Shown in pieces: positions 54,223 to 64,000 of a stretch of 64,000 bases of DNA. The position numbers and the translations under genes are program-made. Location: positions 17,608,001 to 17,672,000 of the forward strand of contig NC_045138.2 in the NCBI RefSeq assembly GCF_008831285.2. Direction: 5' to 3'. Under the pieces are notes generated by a model, which saw only the letters and a list, made by a program, of their open reading frames with translations, had not been told where the DNA came from and searched no databases. Source of the stretch: Nymphaea colorata (lineage: Eukaryota). Position 1 is the stretch's first letter, and each line of letters begins with the position of its first letter.

Positions 54223-54699
54223 GGCGTCCTGTACATTAAGACAGAGAAGAACTCCACACTGGTTCTGTTAAGATCGGACATGCTGGGGACGGCCAAACGC
54301 TTGATTTGGAGAGGGAAAGAGAAAGGCCCCGCCGGAAAATCTTATATTCTTACGAAAGTGCCGCCGTGATCTGTCTCCCTCCAAATATATAACTCTTCAA
54401 TCATCAGCGGCCCCTACCAAGTATACCAAATTTCAAAAAATATAAAACTAAAAAAGAAATCTTAAAACCTGATGTCTAATAAAATTTATAAGCAAAGAAA
54501 GACTTGAGCGTTGCTTATACATCAAGATTTTTGTGCCCTTTTAATATACATCAATTGGTATAGTAGCATTTGTAAGAATTCGTCATATAATTGCTAAACT
54601 GACTGAAAACCAAGGAATATCAAATAGTTGCGTACATGATTGATTTTATGTAAATGTAAATACATATATCTATAAGAAGGCAAGAGTTAAATGTCTAAT

Positions 54700-55060
54700 T
54701 CCGTAACATTTTTAATAGCAAAATTTCCCGGTTTCTTGGTATCAAATTCTTCCTTGTTTCTAGTGTTAGTTCAGCATCTCTTATGGAGGAAGTGACCAGC
54801 TTATGGAGATGTCTAATCTTCTAAAACAGTCTGGTTCATGAGTAAATTAAAAAATACTGTCAACAAACTAGAAAGACTAAGATTTTTTCTTTTTTTTGCT
54901 TTAAATGACCATTCTTCATATCTTAGAACCAAGGACACAATTTCGAATATATATAAATTATAAAAGAGAAAAAGGTTGGATTATTGATTTTGAAACCCTT
55001 ATAACATTCCGTTCGTACAAATGCTTGATCATTTTCAACGCAAAGATCAAATATGCGTGT
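54700..55060. repeat. Duplicate of the upstream flank of VPS23 copy 2 (~43700-44050)
   Basis: Shared blocks TCAAATTCTTCCTTGTTTCT, TATGGAGGAAG.TGACCAGCTTA, TCTAATCTTCTAAAA, TTTGAAACCCTTATAACAT and ATCATTTTCAA. Confidence 0.88.
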
Positions 55061-55376
55061 ATAAGACTAATTTATATACCAAGTTTTTAGAACCAGTCGC
55101 TGTCTTTTTATTGTTTATCTAAACTCTTCCTTCGGTTAAGGGTAAGAACGTCGTTCGAACTAATTTTATGCATTCCCAAGTCCTTTTCTTTCTTCTCTGT
55201 ACGAATCTATATTATCCAACTCCGACATCATTCAGAAAGCTCGATCGACTCCAAATTCCAATTAGCCATGACAACGAATTCAAGAGATTTTATGGAAATA
55301 CTCTGTCATCAATGATAAGGAAGGGAGGCCTCCCGCCGCCCGCAGAGTTGCGTCGGAATTCATGAGAAATTCATAC

Positions 55377-55650
55377 CTGCCTAATGCATTTTCAGATGAT
55401 CGTGGTATTCTGAGGCTCCGCCCTTTCGCTAGTTCAATTCTTCTGGTCGGCCGGAATTCTTCCCCAAATTTTTTCTTCCGGTTGACTCGCAGCACTTTCC
55501 TCCGGCCGTCCTTCGCGCCGTCTGTCAGGCTCCGGCGGCCAGAGGCCCCTGCCCTTCTCTTATAGCGAACTCCCGAACAGCTGACGTGGCACCTTGTCTG
55601 ACGTAGCCCCAAGCAATACGGCAACTCATACCCACATGCAACGTGGCGGG
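55377..55650 (-). promoter_or_regulatory. Probable DUF506 core promoter and first non-coding exon (~55530-55377)
   Basis: TATAAG at 55564-55559; ACGT elements TGACGTGGC (55582), TGACGTAG (55599) and ACGTGGC (55641); strong donor GCAG|GTATGA at 55377/55376. Confidence 0.6.
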
Positions 55651-57727
55651 CCACCACAGTCCCCTTATTCAACCCAATTACGAATTTACCCTCAGACACT
55701 CGGCGCTCTTTCGGGGTGAATTTCTCCGTGGATCGCCAGTCTGGAACATTCTTTCACCACAGATCTCATATTTGCCGAAATTTAAAATTTTAAATTCATA
55801 AATTTAAGTTAAAATATTTTTCATCCAATCTTGAATCCATAATTTTGACATATAATATGAATTTTAAATCCATACTATAAAACGCAACCTTAGTTAATTT
55901 CCAAAATCAATTCCATATTTTACTTATGCAATTCACATGATAAAACGGGGTCACTCCGGCCTTCAATGGCTTCATCGTGATAACTGCGGAAAGTCAGGTG
56001 TGGTTTCGATATTTCAGTCATGACATGACCATACTTAATTGTTCATGAGTTGACACGTGTCCCACCCGCACCAAACCAAGAGAACTAAGCTGGATGCGAG
56101 TTTACGAACATACCCTGTAGACATCGCTAAAATAACGTTTCAACCCACATTCCTGAGCGTCCAGAAGCATTGTGGACGAAAATACCCCCGAACGGCACCG
56201 GCAGTCGGCAGACGACGAACTTTATTCGCTTGGCGCTTCCGATAGGTGAAAGAGAAGCGCGTGAACTTTTCTTCCTCGTGACAATTTTGCCATTATTGTT
56301 TGCTTGGGTCGGGTAATCGACCCGATGGCGGGATCTGATTTCAGATGATAAGAAGACCGGACCCGGTTTTTGACATGGGACTTTCGTTTAGAATTTTGCA
56401 TTTCAGTCCGGTTTGGATCCGGAAATGGGCTTCGCTCCATCTAAATTCCAAGTTGAGGTTCGTAATACCATGGAAAACTTTTCCCACATGCAACCATGGG
56501 AACCTGTCATTCACAGCGGGTTCGGCGCAGTCTAATTTTTTTGGCCAAGGCTGCTTTGGTGCTTGGTGTGGCTCTGATATAATCAATTTTGTCGGGTTCT
56601 CATCTTATAAGATCCCACCATATGGGATTTTATTGACACAGTGAAAAATAAAAATTTAATAAAATGAATTTTTAATTTTTGGTTGCTATAAAATATTTAC
56701 TGCCATTACCCATTGATAATAACAAGCTATTTTTTTTCTAATTAGATAATTTGAGATGGACTTACCGGTGCCTAACGCTAAGAATTTTCCTTTTTTTGAA
56801 CAGGGAAAAGCGACTCTTGGTCAATAGGAAAATAGTGGTGAAACCAAGAAGTAGGGGCACTTTCACATCGGCACGCTATGACCAAACACTCACAGAGTTA
56901 ATGGAGACGCATTAAAGGGGAACAGGTGATTCATTGAAGATGAAAAAGAGCAGCAGATAAAGAACAGGACAAACGAATCCTTTTGACTGATAGATGTTAT
57001 TTTCAAAGTAAAATCTTGTTGCGAAGTTAATTTGAATGAAACCCCATTGACTTGTCTTGGATTCTTTGTTTGTTTGTTTTTTTTTTTTCTTTTCTCTAAA
57101 GCCATTAAACATGAATGATCGATACTTGTAAACATTTCATTGATGAACACTTTCTTGGGAAAATGGTTCCAATATGATTATTCATTAGCAATCTTGTCTT
57201 TCAGTTCTGATCACAATTAAGTTTATCTAAATGAGGCCCAATTTTCATTGTTTTTTAATGAAAAGGGTACATTTCATTGGGAAGAGAACAAGAACATGGT
57301 GAGAAGATGAATGCTGTTCAATGCCAATCAGCAATACTTCTGTTGTTATCTGTCTCATCTTCATCTGAATCAAACACCATCTGTTTGGTTTCTTTCTCCT
57401 TAGAGGGCACATCTCATTGAGAAGATAACATCAACATGGTGAGAAGATCATGCAGTATGTTCCTTCCTGCTAGGTCATGAAAATTATGAGCCAAGAAGGA
57501 AAATCCATAGTCGCCAAACTCCGCGGTCCGACTTGTGACTTGCCCTAGCCGCCCAGCATAGCGGCCTAGGTGCAGGTGCAGAATACAGGTTTGGGTCACG
57601 AGTATGAATAGCCGTGCCCAATGCCGATCTGCATGCCATGTGTCACAATTAGGAGGGTCCACATAGAGGAAGGAGATCATGACGGAAGTCGCAGATTGTC
57701 GACGGAAACCCCAAACAATGTTTGGGC

Positions 57728-57764
57728 ATCTCTTCGGAGACATCCGATAAAATTGGAACGATAC
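57728..57764 (+). pseudogene. U6: U6 snRNA 5' fragment (nt 1-37)
   Basis: ATCTCTTCGGAGACATCCGATAAAATTGGAACGATAC matches the plant U6 5' end except the first base; the match breaks within the ACAGAGA box. Confidence 0.88.
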
Positions 57765-60700
57765 GGTGTTCGGCCCCGAACGCTTAATACCTTCTCACTG
57801 GGGAAAAAACAAGTTTACAATGAAGATGGCTGAACCCTAGCTTAGCCAACATTTACACTTTGCTTATATAGAGGCAACAAATGGTCAACCAAATCATGCA
57901 CTTTTTGAATTGTTGTTATAAATAAGCAGTGAACTTACATGTGTTGGATAGTTTTAGCAATGTAAATGGTGATATGGTTTTAAGATTTTTGTCTTTTGGC
58001 TGTACCAAATGCAACTTAATCTGGTTTCTAATTAGATCCAAACTCATTTACTTCTCGAGTTCATGTACCCAAAATTTTTTGGTATTTGATCATATGCTAA
58101 GTATATGTTGGACTCTCAGCAAATCCATCCAGCTAGCGACCTGAGCAGAGTCAGCATCAAAGCTGACAATCTAAACTCTTGTCCCATTTTTATAGAAGGT
58201 GTTTGATAAGAAGAACGTTATATTCTTAGAACATATGTGCTAAGCATACGATGTTCTTATTTAAGAAAACATAGCATGATGTTAATTATTAAGTCTACCA
58301 ATTAAGAAGCAGGAAATAACCAAACAATTGTTTTTTGGAGCAATGATCACACTGTATTTTTCGAGCATGTGTTTCAAAAGCATAATATTTCTTAATCAAA
58401 CGCAATTCCTTCTTAACTTGGACTTAATATTTGGTAGTTGGCAAAATAGGTCAATCATAAATCAAAATTCAACTACGAACTGGCTTTGTTTTTTGGTAGT
58501 TGCTTGACAATGATTTATTCTTTTTCCTAATTTTTTCCCACTTTCTCTGGATAAATGTTTTGCAAGATAGGTAGTAATTCGAAAAATAAATGTCACTGGA
58601 CCGATATTCATGTACCCTTTGAATTTGACAAGATTCGACTACCAAATGGTTTGTCTTTCTAGAGGTTGGCATAACGGTCAGAGCAGGGCTGGTAGGCGGC
58701 CAGTTTGTGTCTTCATTTCTTGAAGCATCAACTTTTTATTATGCAAAAAAACGGGGCTACTGACACGCAAGTTTAAGCATGGCGGGAGCGGCACCCTGAT
58801 ACATAAATCAGGTCTTGTATTCAACGATGATAAGGGGTTGGGTGGCGCTTTGGCTCTCTTTTGGGCAGTAGAATGAAATACTTATTCCTACTCACCCAAA
58901 ACTACCAAATGACTTATAACGGGCAGTGCCAATTGGTTTTAGATTTGGATCTGCTATCAGATCATAATATCCAAACATTGACATCCCAACAACAGATCTT
59001 AATTTGTCTACAATGAAAAGACATCCGTGAAGAGGGGGAAAGGAAAAGGCCTTCCCATATCTAACCAAATCTGCAACATCTTGTCATTTGCCTTTGTAAT
59101 GTTAGTTTTTGATATCATGCAAATGGACAAACCAATGGTTGCTCATGTGGCCATACTGAGCTCAACAAGACATAAGAGGACAAGTGAAATCAGGTTTGGC
59201 TGTGATCTTCCTCATTCACATGCTTCATTAGTAGGCCTTACCCTAATATGGCATCCTTTTCATAAATTCCAAAATGCCAACATGTTTTTTAAAAAAAAAA
59301 TTTACAGAGGCATCTTAATTTTGTTTATTTTGCATTTAGGAGGCGTTTGATAGCTTCGTATCTGAGTTCTAAGGTCGGACATGCGCTGCGCAGTCCGACT
59401 TTAAAACCGAGGTTTTGACTACAAGCCGAGGATCTCAAATCCGCTTTTTCTTCTGTTTTTTTTTTCTTAGTAATAAAATCTGGTGTTTAGTTATACTGTG
59501 GTTGTGTTTGATTACCGAAGTTCTTAGGTCCACGAATTTAGGGTTATGCAACCAAAACTTGAGTGTCATTACTTTTCATTTACATCTCAAACTTAGTCTA
59601 TAAGATCACCTAAAGTTAAAAAAAAGGTCTCGGAAATGTGCTTAAAGATTTGGTAATATTCAAAATCACATCAAACACTTGGATATTGAATAAGAAAGAC
59701 TTTCATTTTGCATCTTTAAGCCTAAAAAAAAAAAAAAAACTAACGTTGCTTTAACAATGAAGCCTAGGTCATCATAAACTTAAGCCGGATTACTGAAATA
59801 AAATGATTAAAATGTCTGTAATACAAAACAAACCAGGTTCATGTTGATGATTAGCGCATTAGATGTACAAAGTAATATTGTTAATTCATGTTAAAGTATA
59901 CGCGAAATAGTTTTTTTTTTATTAATATCAAAATTAAGTACCCAATATTTTTTTTCGTCTCATGGAAGCAATTGTCAAAGTCGTGGAGGTGCAGAATGTC
60001 ACGGATTCAAATACACAAAGTAGTTGTCCATTATGGCTTGGTCAAGATAGGTGTAACTGCAAACATGAGTGGGAATTTAATGCCAACTAATTCATTAAAT
60101 ATGTATTATTCGTTCTTCCCTTTGTACTCGCAACAAACACTGGAAAACGATGCAAGAAAAAAAAAAATTCTGATTGATCGAAAAAGATAATTTTGTTTTC
60201 TCACTCTTCTTTGTCCCCACAAAGACCTGAGACTATTTTACTTGAAAAGTTTCACCCACCATGCACTGTGTCAACACTCCCATAGTTTGCTGGTTGTGGT
60301 GAATGATTTCTGTTTTTCAACTTGGCTTTTCCTAAGGAGGTGTTTGATAAGCCAAGGAAAAAGATTTCATGGTATACTAAACAATACATCCGTCAAGCGA
60401 ACAGCAATGAAATTGTTCGGTAGGAGCTAATTTGTTTCGAACTTTTGGGGTGTCAACTTTCTTTGTTACAAAAAAGGACAGCATTGATATGCAAGTTGAA
60501 GTATAGAGAGTGTGTCGCCTCAAAGCATCAAAAGCAGGTTCGGTACCCTAAAAAATAGAGGGAAAGTTGGAGTTTCGGCTCTTTTCTTAGTCGATAGGAT
60601 GAAATACTCCCTCTGCTTACCTAAAAACTATTACCACTATTATTATAATGAAAAAATGAAGTAAGTTTCCTGCCTTTTAAGTTTCCCTCTGTTTTCCATT

Positions 60701-62157
60701 CTATCCCATAAAAGGTGCCGCCCTTAATTACATAGATTAGTACTTCATGATTCACCAACTCTTGTTGAGTACAGATTTAAATGTGAAATAAGATATTCTT
60801 TATTTTGTCAGTTTGTCGACAAAAGGATAATACCGGCCATGTAAGGTAGACATCATCGTTTTATATGTACACAAATTATACATGTATATATATATTAAAT
60901 GTCAAACCTTTTGGTGATGGTCTTTTATTGATATTGTAAGCAAATAGCGTTAGTTCACATTGTTTTCTCTTTTTCCTTATATCAAGTGTGGACTTGGACT
61001 AAATCAATGACCAACATCATTCTTCAACACTTAATCTAATGTTTGGCAACACGTAAAGTGTTTCATAGATATGTTTTAATGATTTGGCAATAGGTAAAGT
61101 GTTTGATAGATATGTTTTAAAGATTGAGACAGATTCATACAATACAGCTAACACAATTTTTCATGAATATTCTTAAAAGTATATGTCTTAACGTTTCAAA
61201 GACGTCAGATCTTTACTGAATGCTTCCAACATCAGGCCCACACGATGGGACCCAACAGGCGATGGACGTCCATTCTCTTTTCTATTTAACAAAAAAAAAA
61301 AGTTCAAAGTTGGACCTGAAATTTTAAAAATATTTCTTGCATCTTTAATGGAGAAAATATTTACAACGTCGGTCTGAATCTGAAGCTCCCTTAAAATTAA
61401 AGCTGTTTCATTGGGCTCATAGATTAATGAAATTCTAGTCATCAGTTCGATTCTGGTAAGTGCTTGACTACAACCAGCTGAGATAGAGTTGAAAAGAGCA
61501 ACTGTAAGTTTGCATAGGTTTCGAAGCAATCCTGAACATAAAAAAAATAAAATAAAAGGACTTCGATATCTTCCTTAAAATAAATGTTCTCGTCTCTTGT
61601 TTATTATTGGGTTCTTATATTGCGTAGTTTTTGGAGACAGCATGAAGCGGATGAGTGAGATTTCATGTGAGATCTGATTTGGATGGAACCCCTATTAATC
61701 AGCTGTGATAAGAAACCAGATGCAGTCAAAAGTGCAGATTTGGTGTTCCGCCATGGATGAACCTCTTCAAACTTGGATCCAAGAGATTAAGACCCTATAT
61801 TTGTCTCCTTGTATTAATATGAGTCCTATTCACTTTCAAAATTATAGAAGCAAGCATGCAATAATTTTGGAAATCTAAAAGGTAAATATTTGCTTTAAGA
61901 ACGCGATGCCTTCACAATTAAAATATGATATGTAGAGCAAGTGATTCTTCAAAGAAATATCATGGAAAAGAGACTTCATTTTTACTCCATTGATGCATCT
62001 CCCCAAGTGAATTAGGTTTTGGTCACTGGTGAAGAAGACCCATTAAAGGGCGTTATTTTTAATTCACAAACACATACTTATCACATCCATGTTTGAATAA
62101 TGGCTTCCACAAAAAGCAAGACTTAATGGAGTCTTATCATTTCCTGCCTAGAAAGCT

Positions 62158-62160
<3 letters not shown>

Positions 62161-62248
<88 letters not shown>
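62161..62248. repeat. Long perfect (GA)n microsatellite, about 44 units
   Basis: Read directly. Confidence 0.97.
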
Positions 62249-62252
<4 letters not shown>

Positions 62253-63084
62253 ATAAAATGGAAAATATATAACAAAATTGGGGGACAAGAAGTCTCCTAG
62301 ATACAAAAGCAAACCGCAAAAACAAAAGCAAAAAGATGAAAATATACAATACAATGCACAGTGAAATAAGAAAGGTAGAGAGAGAGAGAGAGGGTATTTA
62401 GGTGAGAAACGAAAGTCATGCTACCTAAAGCAAATCGTGTCCTTTTTCTAGAATCTAACTCTTTACAGATATGATCTTAAGGATGACTTGATAGGAAACA
62501 TATATTAAGACAATCATTTTAGGTTTCAAAATTGAAAGGCTAATGACTCTTTACACTGAGAATTTGGTAGTAGAAAAATCAATATTTCAATGAGGTACCT
62601 TACCTTAAGTCATGTTTTCTGAGCAATTATAAATATGTTGGCATGTTGAACTTCTGCTCTAGAATATTTTTCTCCGTTCTAGAGTCAAGTCGTCAACGGA
62701 TGAAGTTCGCAAGTCTTTCTCAGTTTAGCAAACACGCTATTGATTGGTGACCCATGACCATTGTCATCTTTCTTCTTCTTATTCTTCCTCCTGAGAAAGA
62801 GAAGGATGACTCTCTTGGTCGTCACCTACTGCACTTGATAACCCTCTTCTGGCCATGCCGATCCTTCTTCGTGCCTTTCTCGCTCAACTTTCACTAAATC
62901 ATTGCACCAAGTTGATCACCAGCACCATACTTTTCTCCGTAGAAACCTATTTGTTTAAGGGGAACCATCGAATAGCTTTGCCACTTAAGGGCTCATGTCA
63001 AAAACGCTTGAAAGAAGAAGGTATTAAATAAAATGAGCAGTAGGGTAATGGCTTCAGTTTGAACATCATTTAAAGAGGAAACAA

Positions 63085-63245
63085 ATATTTTTCTCTCCAT
63101 TATTCTATGCTTAGTGTTGGGTGAATAGGATAAGTATTTCATCCTACCACCCAACAAAAGAGCCGAAATATTCTTTTCTCCATTATTACATGCTTCACGT
63201 TCGGTGAGCAGAAATATTTCACCCTACCATCCATCAAGAGGGCCT
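63085..63245. repeat. Diverged ~85-bp tandem duplication
   Basis: TCTCCATTATT..ATGCTT and TATTTCA.CCTACCA.CCA each occur twice. Confidence 0.7.
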
Positions 63246-64000
63246 ATGCTCCCACCATCTATCAACTTACGTATCGATACTTCTTTTTGCAGCATAGAAA
63301 ATTGATGCCTCGAAAATTTGAAATAAAAACTAACTGCCTACCGGCCCCTGTTGCACCCACCTCTCAAAGACCATTATTCGATCACAGGAAAGAACTTTTT
63401 TTTCTTTTCAATCTACTAATCAAACCAAAAGCAAACATTAAAACTATGGCAATGGCGCAATGGAAGAAAAGAGAGAAATTTAGCAAGTGCTGTCCAAATT
63501 AAAACGGTGGCAGACTTGCTTTGAGAAAATGCAAGTTTAGTTGATGTTCCCTGCATAGCTTCATTATCTACAATCCATCTTCTGTTGGCCCTTGGGAAGT
63601 TTAACGAGGATCTTTTCGTTTTTATTTTCTATTTTAACAACATTTACGTCTTGTTGCCCACGGGAAAGCTCAAACGGCGCAAGGAAATGAGATATATGGC
63701 AGGTTTAGTTTGAGTGATGCGGATGATGAAGACCCCATCTTCGAGTTTGTGGACAAATTCAATTTAGCCAAGTTGGACTCCACCAGCCAATTCATGCGAA
63801 ATACCAACTAAAATAAGATAGAACAACAAGGACTTTAATTCAAAGTTCTACACTACGAGAAGGAGAGTGGCTTCTCAGACTTGAGGGGATAAAAAGTCAT
63901 CTGTGTTCTAATCGGTTTCATGAATTAGTTGGTTCAAAGGAATTTACAGTTTTTTTTTTGTCCTTTTGGTTACCTTTTTCATCTTTTAACACAATTTTTT

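Noticed and set aside
45901..56500. Scattered GGATC/GATCC-rich patches (e.g. 45901-46260, 48500-49200, 50330-50440, 56300-56450)
   Set aside because: Probably old MITEs, but TIRs and TSDs are too eroded to give boundaries
57272..57453. ~40-bp imperfect direct repeat (AACATGGTGAGAAGAT core) considered as a miRNA or CRISPR-like unit
   Set aside because: Only two direct copies, no foldback, and a eukaryotic context
57728..57880. U6 fragment read as a primer-binding site of a minus-strand LTR element, or as a functional U6 gene
   Set aside because: No paired LTRs were found; the U6 copy lacks its 3' two-thirds and a TATA box
59371..59402. Small hairpin AGGTCGGAC-ATGCGCTGCGCA-GTCCGACTT
   Set aside because: Too short for a pre-miRNA and lies within Tourist-like sequence
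62640..63830. Short peptide fragments faintly like MuDR or gag (KRVIKCSR*, FVDKFNLAKL)
   Set aside because: Too short to support a call

Overview
Angiosperm nuclear DNA with GT-AG spliced genes, (AG)n/(AT)n microsatellites and many MITE/SINE remnants; the gene models were assembled by hand from splice sites. Intact genes in order: TatA/THA4 (+), EFG1-like rRNA-processing factor (-), AIPP1/EDM3 RRM protein (-), DP transcription factor (+), LFR (+), an intronless ELC-like/VPS23 gene (-), mitochondrial GCD1 (+), a second ELC-like/VPS23 gene (-) and a DUF506 gene (-). The most interesting structure is the DUF506 leader. A third, dead VPS23 copy, duplicated together with its upstream flank, lies inside the inferred 5'-UTR intron and runs up to the intron's 3' splice site. 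The leader also carries a 36-codon uORF in frame with the main ORF, and a CTG where homologues have their first Met. Other items: a 37-nt 5' fragment of U6 snRNA inside an hAT-like element, a decayed PPR gene, an intron duplication that copies a splice acceptor in EFG1, and gypsy and hAT remnants. The last ~8 kb has no recognisable conserved gene. No database searches were run, so family calls rest on remembered motifs. I found no clearly new multi-gene system.
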